Part shown: positions 21,551 through 41,560 of the stretch, piece by piece
Position numbering within the stretch: position 1 is the first letter of the stretch
Layout: the number at the start of each line of letters is the position of its first letter
Assembly: GCA_013265495.1 (NCBI GenBank)
Contig: MU058432.1
Location: 13,985 to 77,984 of the forward strand
DNA from: Vicugna vicugna
Lineage: Eukaryota
DNA length: 64,000 nt
Reading direction: 5' to 3'
Notes under the pieces: model-generated
The model's input: the letters and a program-made list of their open reading frames with translations, nothing else
Told to the model about the DNA's origin: nothing
Databases searched by the model: none
Program-made: the position numbers and the translations under genes

Positions 21551-22659
21551 TGACTTGGAATAAGGTTTTAGCAGTGGAGAGGGCCGGAAGGGATTGAATT
21601 CAAGATCTATTTCTGCAGACAGTGTCATCAGGACTAGCTGATGTATGTGATGTTAATATCACAGAAGAAGAGTCAAGGAGGATTCCCAGGTTTTTATCCT
21701 GAAAAGTGGATGGATGATGGCAAAATTTACTGAGATAGGAAGAGGGGGCAAGGATTGTTAAATGTTATGTGTTGGCCACAGTCATGTTTGAGAAAATAAT
21801 ATCCACTAGCTTTTGTCACTGCTCTCTATGTGCCAGGCACTGTTCTCTAAGTTTGTAACTCAGTTATCAATGTAAAGTGGGCAGTTAGATGTGAGTCTGG
21901 AGCTTAAAAGTTAGGCTGGAAATATAAATATGGGAGTCATCACTGTATTTGAAGCCATGGGGCCCAATAGATCAAACAAGATGAAAGAAACAAGAAGACT
22001 TGGTTCTGGGACCAAACCCAAGCCAGGGGACACTCAGTCTATATTTTGGTGGGACAGTGGATGAGGATCCAAAAAAGGAAAGGAGAAGCCAATGAGGAGA
22101 GGGGAAAACCAGAAGTGTGTGAAGTCACAGAAGCTAGTCTGGCGTGGGGGGTGGGGGGTGAGGTGCATGGAGGAAAATATCTAACATTGTCAGATGTTCC
22201 TCTAAGGGTAGAGAGGCAGACAGAGAACTGACCACTGCCTTTAGCAAAGTGGCTGCCCCAAGTGGCCCTGAGAAGCACCATTCCAGTGGCTCGGTGGAGA
22301 GAAAAGCTTCATCGGAGTCAACTGAAGAGAGAATGGAAGGTGCGGAAGAGTCCACAGCAAATCTAGGCAAATTTTCGGACGACTTCTGACGGGAGCAGAG
22401 GGAATAGGCTATAGGTGGTGGTTGCCTTGGGGGTCCAGGGAAGGCTCTAATTGGTTTTTAAGGTAGCCGATTTTGCCGCACGTGTTAGCTTGTTGGTGGC
22501 AATTGGGAGGGGGGCCTGAAGTTGAAGTACAAAGTAGGAACAACTGCAGAGACCATGTCCCTGGGCAGGCTGGACGGGCTGGGGTCGGCGAATGGGAGGA
22601 GAGCTTGGCCCTAATTATTCCATTTTCCCAAACCTTTGGTCACCCATGATCGGTGCTCA

Positions 22660-23100
22660 TCAAGGAAGCGACCGGCCCACAAACCCCCAAAGGCTCGGCG
22701 ACGAGCGTGGGCTTCTTGCGGGAACCACGGCTCCCAGCAGGCGTTGCGCTGGGCGGCCAGTGCGCATGCGCCCGCCGCCTGCCTCCGACCCTCCCCTCCC
22801 CCGCAAGCCCTGGCCCCAGTTCCGGGCTGGAGCCACCGACGCGAAGGGGGACGGGTTCCTCTTAAAAGAGAAACGGCGGCCGCGCGCGCGAGGTGGGCCC
22901 CTGTCCTCCCGCCGCTCTCCGGGCCTGCGCGCGAGGCGGGGGAGGCGCAGGCGCAGTCGGGATGAGGGCGGGTGGGGGAGCACAGGTAAGGCCGGGGTGG
23001 GAGCGATCAGTGGGGCCGCCGGAGACGGGGTGGGGGGCACCCTCCCGACCCCCGCCCCGCCCTCCCCGGGCTCCACCCACATCATCCCGACTATAAGGAG
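22660..23100 (+). promoter_or_regulatory. ZNF692 CpG-island promoter and non-coding first exon (donor at 22985/22986); NRF1 motif at 22761-22771
   Basis: Dense CpG; TGCGCATGCGC; cacag|gtaagg splice donor. Confidence 0.75.
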
Positions 23101-23524
23101 CTCTCGCAATGCACACGACCTGGTCCTTCCCTCATCAACCAGTAAAGGCCTGCGCCCTTTTCAAGATGGAACTGTTACCTTACCCCCCTCCCCCCAGCCC
23201 CGCCCCAGTTGAAATTTCCTTACCCATAGCTCCAGGTCTACACTTCAGTGGGCCTGGGATCGGGTCATTCTGACTTTTATGCTGACCCCGTAACTCCCAT
23301 CCCCTCGATACCCACCCCATAGCGCTGGCTCACACGCCCTGTAATATAAGCAAAGGTTGTTTTGGCCCAGTGGTAGCGAATCCTATTGCAATGGTTTATT
23401 TAGTTCTGTCCCGACTCATTGATGAGGAAACTGAGGCCCTGGCAGAGGATGGAGCTGGGGACTCTGGCCCCAGATCAGGTCGGCCCACACGCGTGTCTCC
23501 TCCAGTCTGCAGGCCCTGGCGCTC

Positions 23525-30850
<7,326 letters not shown>

Positions 30851-31021
30851 CAGAGAGCATTCCCTGGAATTTGCAGAGTCAGGCCCCAGGGACTGAAAAG
30901 CAGCTAAAAAAAAAAAAAGCCAGATGCCTGGTCCCTAGAAACTAGGGTGATGGGGAGTGCAGGGTAGGGGCAAGACGGGGCTCTAGGGGAGCCAGGTGAC
31001 TTTAGTCTTCCTAAAGGACAG

Positions 31022-31027
31022 AATAAA
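31022..31027 (+). terminator. ZNF692 polyadenylation signal AATAAA
   Basis: AATAAA about 170 nt after the stop, followed by a GT-rich element. Confidence 0.7.
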
Positions 31028-31480
31028 CCCAGTATTTTACATGAACTTGTGTGGGCAAAGCAAGTGTTTTTGGCACCTCAGGTGCAGGAATCTTGATTCC
31101 TTTGTTAGCAGGCTCGGCTAGAATGTGCCTGAGTGCATCCTAAGTGCAGGCCCCCAGCTGCCCCCACCCCGAGGACCCGGCCTCCTTTCTCAGTTTGCAC
31201 TGGCACTTTGCAGCGCCTTTCCTGTGGAGTGTTACACCTGCTCTTGCACTCAAGCAAGGCAGGCCGATAGTATGGAGAGTGCTTGATCATTCCAGAGGGA
31301 TGTGCTGGGGTGGGGATACAGGCATGTGATGGACCCCGCTGGTACTCTCCTGTAACCAAATGTATAAGCCCCTGAAGGGTCTTGCCTTCCAGTGCAAAAA
31401 TGAGGGGGCCACACATGCAAGATTGCTGGGCCTCAAGTTTGACAAAGGGAAGCCCTTGGCATCTGGAACCCAGACAACTC

Positions 31481-31486
31481 TTTATT
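31481..31486 (-). terminator. Candidate ZNF672 polyadenylation signal AATAAA (minus strand)
   Basis: tttatt on the plus strand, about 860 nt past the ZNF672 stop. Confidence 0.55.
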
Positions 31487-32346
31487 TCACCACCTGCAAG
31501 CAAAAAAAAAAAAAAAAAAAAAATCTCTGGCTAATTCCAGGGAATTTTCCACCCTGCGCTGTCACCTCTGTGGAGCTGTTTCACCATGGCTCCAAGCTTG
31601 ATAGGTATAAAACATATTCATACTCCATGTGGCAGTGCCAGGCTTTATAGACCCCTGTGTTCTTGGCCCGGGTCCCAGGGCTAATGTCCTGAGAGGCACC
31701 TTGATTTGTACACCATCAGGTCTGGCCCGTGGGCCATGCTGAGAGCTTCTGCCCACCTTCACGTGGTGTGAAGTACCCTTCTGGGTGCTTCTGGTGGGGA
31801 GATAACCGTTTAGTGAGGGGAGCTCTCTCACTATCTCTCTGCCTGCAAACTCCCCATCTCTCAGAAGCTGAGGGAGAGAGCAGCAGAGAGACTGAGAGTA
31901 AAGTTGGAAGGAAGAGGCAGGAAGGCCACGGGGCGGGTGGGATGTGATTCTGGCCACGTCTGTGATGACCATTACCTGAAGCAGCAGGACATCAGGAGTA
32001 CCCGGAAAGGAGAGGTAGCAGAGACTCGGGGCTGGAAAAAGGAGATGGGACAAAAAAAGACAGAACCCTGGTGGATAACAGGAGACGCCTGAGAGCAGAG
32101 AAGCAGCGCTCGGACACACCAGTACTTGGGGTCCGGGAGGTTCTCCTGGCACAACACCCAGAGCCGGCGAAGGAAGGGCTGAGAATAGGCAAAGAGCTAA
32201 CCAGGGGAGGAGGCGTAGGGGCGCAGCAACAGAGATGGAGAAAGGCGACAGGCCACATCGCCTTTCCACAGACCCCCATCTGCCAGTTGCTCCCCCGCCC
32301 TGTCGCAGCATGTAAGTGCTTGTCTAGCCCACTCCTGAGAACCCTC

Positions 32347-33741
32347 TCAGCAAGTCTCTCTCAACTGAGACACAAAGAGTCCCGGCTTTTCCTGTTCAGC
32401 TTGGCCAGCATAGATCAGGGCAGTGCCTGCCATGGCCTGGGTGGCGGCGGCGGCGGCGGCGGCGCGAGCCCGTGTGTACGCCCGCTGGTGCTGTGACAGT
32501 GAGCGGCTGTGGCTGAAGCACTTGCCACACTCCGCACACTGGGCCGGCCGCTCGCCCAGGTGCGTCTTGCGGTGCAGCGTCAGCTTGGAGCCCACGCTGA
32601 AGGCCTTGCCACACTCAGGGCACTTGTGCGGCTTGTGGCCGGCGTGGTTGCGCCGGTGCACATTGAGGTTGGACACGCACGTGAAGCGCCGGCCGCACAC
32701 CTCGCAGTGGTACGGCTTCTCGCCGGTGTGCGTGCGCCGGTGCTTGGTGAGGTCAGAGCGGTCGCTGAAGCAGCGGCCACAGTCCGGGCACGGGAAGGGC
32801 CTCTCGCCCGTGTGGATGCGCTGGTGCACCACCAGGTCGGAGCGCTGCCCGAAGCCCTTGCCGCACGTGCCGCAGGCGTGCGGCCGCTCGCCCTGGTGGC
32901 TGCGCTGATGGCGCAGCAGTGTGGAGCTCTCGCTGAAGCGGCGGCCGCAGGCGCCGCAGGCGTAGGGCTTCTCGCCCGTGTGCGTGCGCTGGTGGCGCAC
33001 CAGCGTGGCGCTCTCCAGGAAGCCCTTGCCGCACTCGGGGCACTTGAAGGGCTTCTCGCCCGAGTGGGTCTGCAAGTGTCGCGTCAGCGTGGAGCTCTTG
33101 CCGAAGCTCTTGCCGCACACGCCACACCGGTGCGCGTCCGGAGCACGCGACTGCCGGCGCGGGGAGTCGCCGGCGCGCTCGGCCCGGTGGGCACGCGCGT
33201 GGCTCCGAAGTCCCGCGCCGCTGCGGAAGGCCCGTGGGCACTGCGGGCAGCGGTGGGGCGCGGCCGCGGGCGCGGCCGGTGTCCCCCACGGGTGCACCCG
33301 CGCCTGGTGGAAGCGCAGCGCGCTCTGGCGGAAGGCACGAGGGCACAGCGGGCAGCGACAGGGCCGCTCGGGCGGGTGCCAGTGGCGCCGGTGCAGCAGC
33401 AACGCGGGGAGGTGCGGGAAGCGGCGGCCGCAAGCGCGGCAGCGACAGAGGCGGCCGCGGCGCCGCCGGTGCGCGCTCTGGTGCAGGTCGAGGTGGCCGC
33501 TGTGGCGGAAGCTCTGGCCACACTCGCTGCAGATGTAGAGCGTCTGGCCCGCGTGGGCGCGTCGGTGAGCCCGGAGGTCCTTGGCCTGCGGGCAGCGCTC
33601 TCCGCATTCTAGGCAAAGGAAGCGGCGGTCCCCACCGTGGGCGCGCTCGTGCCGCAGCAGCACGGAACTGTAGCGGAAGCTCTTGCCACACTCACTGCAC
33701 GTGTAAGGCCTGCCCACTGCGGCCTGTGATGCGGCCAGCAT
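32347..33741 (-). CDS. ZNF672: Zinc finger protein 672 (464 aa, single coding exon, tandem C2H2 fingers)
   Basis: ATG at 33741 (gtcaccATG). MLAASQAAVGRPYTCSECGKSFRYSSVLLRHERAHGGD...TGEKP-linked fingers...AAAAAA...SQLRETC*; convergent with ZNF692 as in human and mouse. Confidence 0.95.
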   Translation of the reverse strand: MLAASQAAVGRPYTCSECGKSFRYSSVLLRHERAHGGDRRFLCLECGERCPQAKDLRAHRRAHAGQTLYICSECGQSFRHSGHLDLHQSAHRRRRGRLCRCRACGRRFPHLPALLLHRRHWHPPERPCRCPLCPRAFRQSALRFHQARVHPWGTPAAPAAAPHRCPQCPRAFRSGAGLRSHARAHRAERAGDSPRRQSRAPDAHRCGVCGKSFGKSSTLTRHLQTHSGEKPFKCPECGKGFLESATLVRHQRTHTGEKPYACGACGRRFSESSTLLRHQRSHQGERPHACGTCGKGFGQRSDLVVHQRIHTGERPFPCPDCGRCFSDRSDLTKHRRTHTGEKPYHCEVCGRRFTCVSNLNVHRRNHAGHKPHKCPECGKAFSVGSKLTLHRKTHLGERPAQCAECGKCFSHSRSLSQHQRAYTRARAAAAAAATQAMAGTALIYAGQAEQEKPGLFVSQLRETC

Positions 33742-36700
33742 GGTGACGGCCAGGCCCCCGGCGCCCTCCGGGTGCGGTGTCCCACTCACACTCCGGGGTC
33801 CACGTCCTGGAGCTGTGGGTTACTTTCACTTTTCTTAAGGCCTTGAAGGGGACCTGTAGCAGAGGGGAGAGGGAGAGGCCTGGACAACTGGTCTGTGGAT
33901 CCCAGGGCTCCTTCTCTCATGGGCAGGTGCTGTGGCTTTTTCAGAGGTGAGCGGCAGCTAGATGTGCCATGTACCGTGAGCCCTGCAGGGAGAAGGTCAC
34001 TGTCACCCCAGCTACACCCTGGGGAATGGAAGGGCAAGTACAGGCTCCCTGTTTTTTGTAACTTCCTCAGCTACGGCATCCCCTGAATTCCCATTCTCGA
34101 AGAGGAGGCAAAGCCTTGAGGGTGCTAGAATCATGGGGTGGGGGGTCCTTGTGCCACTAGGAAGGGCAGGATGGACTCAGAGGGGAGCTTGCCTCCAGTA
34201 CATTGTGAGGAAGGGGATGAGGAGGAGGGCCTCGCCTATTTTATGGTCTTAGACCAGGGATCTGGGCCTGAAGATGCCCTAGGAAATGACCAAGGAAGGA
34301 TAGGCAATGAGAAGTCCCCTGGGCCTAGACCACACCAGCACCTTCTTCCAGAGACCTGGCTTTCCTGAGTCACCAGTGCAAACGCAGCCAGGCCTGGGCT
34401 GGAAAGACCGGAAGGGCCTTAGATGAAGCCTAAACTTATCCAGCAGCAGGAGCCTGGGCAAAAGGCTCAGAAAGGGCGGAGGCCTGAGCAAGGGAAGGTG
34501 TCTGAGAAACCCTGAAAGTGCTACTCCGTGGCTCCGGGCAGCACCTTACAGTCACATCACACCAGTGCACAATCCGAGTCCCCTGGCCTAGCCTTGAGAA
34601 AGCAACTCACAACCCAGGAAAGGCGTGAAAAGGAAGCATGAATAACTCACAAAGAATATTATCAAAAGTTCATGGCATTATCCAGGAAGTGCTTTTCACA
34701 TTTTTAGGGAAGGCTGAGGAGAAGGAAGGGACAGCCTTTCCAATTCTCAGAGCATCCTGGTTGTTTGGAAACATTCTGCAGACATTCCTCATTGCCCCAG
34801 CTCCAGGGATCTGAGAACCTGGAGTAGCAAAGAAGCCCCTTTATGGGGATAGGATCTGCTCTGTCCTCTTGATCTCAAATGGTATCTCTGACTCCATCTG
34901 GTAAGTTGGTCCAGGTAGCTATCCAGCAGCAGGGTCAGCCTTTGCGCCCTCTATTTAGAGCACAAATAGGGCTGCCCTCCTCACCTGGCCGGCCTCACCA
35001 CTGACGCCAGCCCTCGGGACCCGTGGATCTATCCCCAACCCAGTTCAGTGGGACACTGGAGACGAGATACAGTCATTATCAGTTATAGGCCATGTCACCC
35101 AACAGATCAGAGAGAGGAAGCAAACAAAATAGTCACCAGTCATTTTCTTCTTAGCAGATGTAAATTCATCCTAAATACAGAGCTGTCGTTAAAACAGCCC
35201 ATAGAAGGGGTCCTCATCTTTTGAATCCAAATGGGATCAACTGAAAAAAAGCCTTTATAGCCACAAACCTGCAGGGGTGAGCTCTGGAGCTTCTGCTCCC
35301 CTCCGCACTGGACGGGAGTGGCGGATGCAGGATGCTCCCTTCCTGTGCTTCTGGAGCAGGATGTGCTCCGCCCTGCAGGAGCAGTGAAGTAAGAGGGACA
35401 ATGTGAATTTAAACTAAGCAGAGGGGACAGACACAGGAGGAGAAAGAAGAGGGAAGTATTTCCTGGAAGAGGGTAGTTTTTTAAATGGACACTTGCAAAG
35501 ATAAAAAAGTACCAAGAATAGTATCACAAGTCACTCCCTCACCTGCAGCATCTACCTACATTTTGCATTTTGTTTCATCTGCGACACTCCCCTCACCCGA
35601 CTCCACACTCCACCCCACACACTTTTTTTTTTTTTGGTGTGTGTGTGTGTGGTGGGTGGATCTGGAGTATTTTAAATCCCAGATATCTTATTCAAAGAGG
35701 ATGAGCTTTAAACAAACTCTGCAAGCAGAGACAGGAGCCTCTCTACAACCTGAGAGCAGACTTTAGAGCGAGCCTCTCGGATCTTCCAGACGGAGCTTTC
35801 AGCCAAGACACTTGCTTAGGCTGCTGATTTCTAGCTGGTCAAATTCAAAGGAATGCTGGCCTTCCTATGAATAAAACCTTCCTTCAAGAGTCAGTGGTTG
35901 ATCCCAAAGGCTAAAGAGGCTAATGCTTATGCCTAGGTGAGTGTTCCCCCTCACCTGGGGGTCTCTGGAGACAATTGCTCCTCTAAGGCCATGTTTCTGG
36001 GAACGCACCCTCTGCCAGGATACTGCCTTCCAGGGCGCATGCCCAAGGAAGTAAGACGCATGCACAAACATAAACACGCACACACAAATGACATATAAAC
36101 AAACATACCACTTCCCCCCATTACAGATGTGGCGTAAGAGAGCCCGGTCTAGGGTGCAGGTTTGTTGCTTGAGTGCCAGCCAGGCTGTATGCTTCTGGTC
36201 TCTCTTCTGTACCTCACCCCATGCTGGAGCTTGCCTGGAAGGAAAGGGTCTATGCCCGGCGGGAAATCTAAAAGAAAAATAAAACATCACTGTGCCAAAC
36301 GAAGAACAATTTCTGAACTGTCCTAACGATTTTCCTGATTGAATTTTGAAGTTATACCATCAAATTTCTTTGGAGAAAAAATAAGTACCAGGAGACAAAC
36401 ATTACACTGTTCACCAGAAATTGACACATGTTGTAAACTGACTATACTTCAATAAAAAAGAATGCAAAAAAAAAAAACAAACCCCATAAGTACAGGGAAG
36501 GCTTGGAAAGAGGGAACAGGGTCATTATGTGTGAACTGTTAAAAGGTCCTAATTGTTCAATACTATAGTAGTTTAGTACCTTCCAAGAATTTAATAAAGA
36601 CAGATATTTATAAGTACTGCACATATAACCAATAAAAACATGTACTAAGAAGATAAGCTAATGGCAAAAATGTTCGTAATGAAGATAAACTTCCGAGTTT

Positions 36701-36788
36701 CGTATATCACTTTATTTTTGTTCCTTAACAGATCTTGCAAGCATCTCATGCCATATCTAACTGTTCACAAGAGTGTTGGACTTCCATC

Positions 36789-36916
36789 TTTTTTTTGTGT
36801 GTGTGGTGGGGGAGGTAATTAGGTTTATTTGTTTCTTTAATGGAGGTACCAGGGATCGAACCCAGGACCTCATGCATGCTAAGCATACACTCTAGCACTT
36901 GAGCTACACCTTCCCC
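36789..36916 (-). mobile_element. tRNA-derived SINE (camelid Vic-1-like)
   Basis: Reverse complement GGGGAAGGTGTAGCTCAAGTGCTAGAGTGTATGCTTAGCATGCATGAGGTCCTGGGTTCGATCCCTGGTACCTCC plus A-rich tail; same family as 39264-39398. Confidence 0.85.
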
Positions 36917-36994
36917 CTGCAATTTCTCCATCTTGAAACCAGAGTTGGATAAAACTGATTTGGGCTGCAAGAGTGGGGCTGAGAGCTGTCCCAG

Positions 36995-37290
36995 CTGTGC
37001 TGTCCACTACAGTAGCCCCAAGCCACCTGTGGCAGCTGAACACTTGAAGTGCGTTTGGTCCAAACTGACATGTGCTGTAAGGGTCAAATACACTCCTGAT
37101 TTCAAAGACCTAGTAGGAAAAAAAGTGCAAAATAGCTCATTAATAATGTTTAATGTTGGCTATACGTTGAATTGATAATGTTTTGGATATACTGGGTTTA
37201 AATCAAATATATTTTTTAAATTTATTCCACCTGTTTTTAAGAAAAGTGATGAGTACAAATGTAGCTCACGTTTTATTTTTATTGGATAGT
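36995..37290. mobile_element. hAT-Charlie DNA transposon relic (MER33/MER3-like)
   Basis: ctgtgctgtccactacagtagcc...gccacctgtggc...cacttgaa...ttattggatagtg; related fragments at about 47430-47605, 48680-48855, 53565-53710 and 56300-56575. Confidence 0.7.
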
Positions 37291-39263
37291 GTTTGCCAAA
37301 TGGGTGTTCCAAATTCTGGAATAATACATAAAGGGAGGCTGGCCACCTCACAGTCCCTGGAGAGGTTTGCATAGGAAGAGGTCACTGACTGCTCTGATCC
37401 TTAGAGCCGCAGTAATCAGAGTACACAGCCACTTTTCTCATCTCCCAAGATATGAGGCCCTGGCCACCCTCTCCAGAGGGCCCAGCTGCTCTTCAGGAAA
37501 GAGAATGTCTGAAAGAAGACCTGGTTGGAACTTGGGCACTGCATGACATGGGTACTCCTGGTTATCCCTATGTGACCTGAGGTTCCCTGCGGGTAGGCAG
37601 AGCCATCTAGCTCAAGGGCAGTAAGCAGGTTCAGGAATAGGAGGGGGATGGCAGGCTGGGTGGCCCGTCTCTGGCTCTCCCCGACAGTCCCAAGCCACTC
37701 CTGGCCCTAGCCAGTGACAGAAAGCAGCACAGCAGGAAGCCCCAGGCAGCCCCAGGGACCAGGGCTCACTCTGTGCGCTCCACTGTGGATCACCCTTGAG
37801 GAGAGTGGTAGCTGCATTCTGGAGAGGAGACTCTTTGCTGGCCTTTCCATACAACCTCCACATCTCCTCAACCCCTACCGCTGCCCCAGCCCTAAAGTCC
37901 GTCGCCCCAGCCTTAAAGACATTGCAGTCTCTAGACTCTGAGACACCCCTAAAGATGGCTGAAATGTACATCCAGATAGAAGCAAATAATCCACTTTTCA
38001 CTCTCCTGGGGGGAAGTGGCGGGAGCAATCAGGTGGATGGAAAAGTTTAACTGGCCCTTTTTGGGGCCCTTCGACTTCCTGAAAGCCCTTCCCCCCACCC
38101 TTCATTCAAGGCTCTCCTCCAATAATCCCTCCTCACCCTCACTCCTCCAGCCCCCTACTTGCCTTTATTCTGAATAATCAGTGAAAGTAACAGGAAACAG
38201 TGATTCCCAAGCCACCCTGAAAAGGTTTCAGCCTCTTTTCTGGGTGAGGATGGGGTATGAAATCCAGGGCACCAAAGTGGCCACTCCTCACTTCCCTCTT
38301 CCTCATAACAGAAACAAGGTCCCGTACTTTAGAAGAAGCTGCCCTTTCCAGCTTCAGATCCAGTGTGACATGTTTAAGGAGTTGGTGGAAATAGGAATGA
38401 CACCTCCCTCCACATCCTAAGTGCCCAAGCCTGATCACGGTTCAAATGGATCCTTTTGCAGGTTTCTTTTGCAAAGATTTTCCTGTGAAATCTGAGAAGT
38501 GTGGAGAAGTCATGCATATTGATAGGGGGAGAACATACATAGTGAGGTAGTTTATTCTCTAGGTCCCTTTGACACACGGGCAAGACTACAGCCCGGAGGG
38601 GCCAGAGCAGCCCAGAACTGGGATGAGGGAAGGGGTTATATGGTGTTTTGCACCCTCCCGGGGCTTAGCAAGAAGTTGGACTTTTTTTTTTTTTTAAACG
38701 ATGTATTAATCTGGAATACAATTCTTTCAAACATTATGTTCCTGGAGGAAAGGCTGTCTCTCTAGTCCTCTGATCTTCCATAGCCCTATCCACTGCATAT
38801 ACCGCAAATACTGTACCTTGGTTTATTAAGTGGGAACCAGAGAGGCAAGCCTCCAAATTCTGGGTCTTCAATTACCAGCTGTATGACCTTGGACAGGGGG
38901 CTTTGGATGGCTAACACTGCTGCCTGAGAAAACTCAGCAAAGAAAACTACTATAATGCTTCATATGGAAAGAGGGAAGGTGTTAAGTCTGAGAACTGTGG
39001 TTGCCGAGGTTTTAGGATTTTCTCTGCTCAGGACAGTTCCTCTGAGGAGGGACCCTGACTAAGGGGTCTGACTCCTACCCCTACTTCCAAGGCATCCTAA
39101 GCGTTCTGCAAGAGCTTTTAAGTCCTTCCCCCGACCCCCCAAAGAAGCCTCCTTCACAGGATCAGAGCAGCGTGGGCCTTTCGTGGACCCACGCCGTATC
39201 CCGGGAGCTTTGAGAGTAAGTAGTGACGTTGGTTACTCATTTTAAGACTTGGTGCCTAGTAGT

Positions 39264-39398
39264 GGGGAGGGTATAGCTCAGTGGTAGAGTGCGTGCTTAG
39301 CATGCATGAGGTCCTGGGTTCGATTCCCCAGTACCTCCATTAAAGTAAAAAACAATAATAAATAAACCCAACTACCCTCCTCCCCAAATAAACAAAAT
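39264..39398 (+). mobile_element. tRNA-derived SINE (camelid Vic-1-like) with target-site duplication
   Basis: tRNA-Ala-like head GGGGAGGGTATAGCTCAGTGGTAGAG...GGTTCGATTCCCCAGTACCTCC, A-rich tail, and TSD core acttggtgcctagta at 39247-39261 and 39399-39413. Confidence 0.9.
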
Positions 39399-39439
39399 AC
39401 TTGGTGCCTAGTATTGGAGAACAGGGCCTCGGTTAGAAA

Positions 39440-40560
39440 GTCCCCACCCCGCAACTCGGGCCCAGGCGCCAGCCCACCCGAAGGGCAAGTGGAGAGTAGC
39501 GGGCGTTTAGCATCGACTGAGCCTGGTGGCTGCCGCTGCCCTTTTAATCCGGCTCAGCCTAGCGATGTCTGCGTCGTGGCGCCGCCGGCCACGAAGGTCA
39601 CCGAGGGCGGCCTGGTGAGGACAGACCGAGGGCAAGGCCTGGGAGGAGGAGCAGGCCGCGCGGCGGCCGCGAGCACGCGCCGGCCAATCGCTCGCTCCGC
39701 GGCGCCTCCGCGTCACTTGTTGCCGGGGCGCCGTTCTAGACGGCGGCAGACGCGAGCAGCCTGGGGCGGAGGGAAGAAGCCGGGCGACAGTTTGGGGACC
39801 GCTGCCCCGTGCCAACCCTCCCTCCCAGCCCCTCGGTCCCCTCACCGGTCGCCGCCTGGCTCCTCGGACACCGCGCGTCTCCCACTCAGCCGGCTCGCCG
39901 ACCCCCGGATTTGCGGGGCTGGGGCGGGGAAGGAGAGAAGAAGCTGGCGGAGCGCGCGGCCGCCGAGTGGGGAGAGCTGGGAGGCGCCTCGGGATAGGGG
40001 ATCACGCTGTAGCCCTGCTCTCCCGGGTTGGCCAGTGGTCGGCCGCACGCGGGTCGCGTCAGCGGTTGCTGGAAGACTGGGAGACGCTAAGAACGCTCCG
40101 CGGGAACAGTTCAGCCTCGCCCGCCTAGGCCGCAGTCCCAGTGAGGGGGCGGGACTCACGGGGGGAACCTGGGACTCTCTTGCCAAGGCCCTGCCTTTTC
40201 CCCAGGCTTAACCAATCCCTGCCTCCTCCTTTCTTGTCTCCGCCCGCTGGCCTCTTCTCGCCCAATCAGAGGGAAAGGCACTGAGCCACACTCACCGCCT
40301 CGCGGCCCGGTGGCGGAGTCAGGGGTGCAGCCTCAGGTCTTCCTGAGGCTCGCGCGCCCTCTGGGCAGCCGAAGTTGTGTCCCTGCGGGTGCTGCCGCAG
40401 GGGCAGCGGGCGTCCGGCGCGGAGTGGCCTCCGGGTCCACCCACCGAAACAGTCCCGGCAGTAAATTAGTGACTTCTTACAGTGAGGCCAGACTTAATAC
40501 CTGTTGGCTTAATCCTCGCCACTGCCCTGCCAACGAGGCTCCCGCAGGTTAACGGATCCC
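39440..40560 (-). promoter_or_regulatory. CpG island, likely ZNF672 promoter and non-coding first exon(s)
   Basis: Dense CpG with CCAAT and GC boxes; minus-strand donor-like ctcacc at about 40291; lies about 6 kb upstream of the ZNF672 ATG. Confidence 0.7.
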
Positions 40561-41359
40561 TCTAAATCGCACTGCCTCGGTTGGGGGTACTCCTGGCCCA
40601 CTTGGCAGCTCTCTCTCCAAGCGCTTGCTGGCTGAGCTCTCTATGCAGTGTCGTCTTCCACCGAGAGGTGCTATTAGTGTTGTTTTCCAGAAACGCATTT
40701 GGAAAGTGGCCGTCCCCTGTTCAGGGCTGCCTATCAGACGCCAGATGATGGCTCTCAGTACACTTCTTTACCAGCCCTTATCTTCCTCTCGAGGTCACTT
40801 AGTACCACATATTCTGTCACCCATCCAGAACTCTAACCCCTTTGCTCTGCTCAGTGGTTCCCTAAATGAGTATACAGTTAAATCCCTCAAGTCTTTCCCC
40901 GGGGTCAGCCTGGAACACTCATCTGCCCCCTTTTTTCTTTCTTTCTACTTTTTATTGAAATATACATACATACAGGAACATATGCAATTCATAAGTGTAC
41001 AGATCAAATATTTTTATCACCTGAAAAAAACCTATGCAACCCGTTCCCATATTAAGAACTGGAATATTTCCAGAACCCCAAAAGACCCTTGGCCCACTTC
41101 TTGTCTCTGCTCCCATACAGAGAGTAACCATAATCCTGACACCATAAATTAGTTTTGACTTTATATACATGGAATCGTGCTATTAAGTCTTGAGTCTTTT
41201 GCTTAACATTTTAAAATTCATGTTGTTGAGTGTGGTTGTGGCTAGTTCATTTTTGTTACTATAAGGTATTCTATTGTGTGATATACCATAGTTGATTTAC
41301 CTGTTTTACTGAATAAATACAGCTGATGGACATCCGGGTTGTTCCTAGTTTGGGGCTTC

Positions 41360-41560
41360 TATTAGTTTCCTAGAGCTGCTATAACAGAGTACCACAAACT
41401 AAGTGGCTTAAGCAAGAGAAAGTTATTTTCTCACAGTTCTGGAGGCTAGAAGTCTAAAGCCAAGTGTCCGCAGGTTTGGCCCTTTGGGGAAGAGGAAGAA
41501 TGGATGAGGAAGGATGAGGAACAATCTGCTCCACGCCTCTCCCCCTAGCTTCTGGTGAAT
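41360..41560. mobile_element. MaLR (MLT1-like) LTR fragment next to an old L1 fragment (~40930-41355)
   Basis: tattagtttcctagagctgctataacagagtaccacaaact...ctcacagttctggaggctagaagtc is a typical MLT1 end. Confidence 0.7.

Noticed and set aside
22592..23212. 206-aa ORF, and similar ORFs at 39414-40211 and 51108-51713
   Set aside because: Low-complexity Pro/Arg/Gly translations of GC-rich promoter or UTR sequence with no recognisable domain
32423..33746. Long antisense and alternative-frame ORFs over ZNF672 (up to 367 aa)
   Set aside because: Expected by-product of very high GC and repetitive zinc-finger codons; no independent gene signals
39264..39340. tRNA-Ala-like sequence (also 36840-36916)
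   Set aside because: Extended 5' end, A-rich tail, target-site duplication and a second copy in the window show it is a SINE, not a tRNA gene
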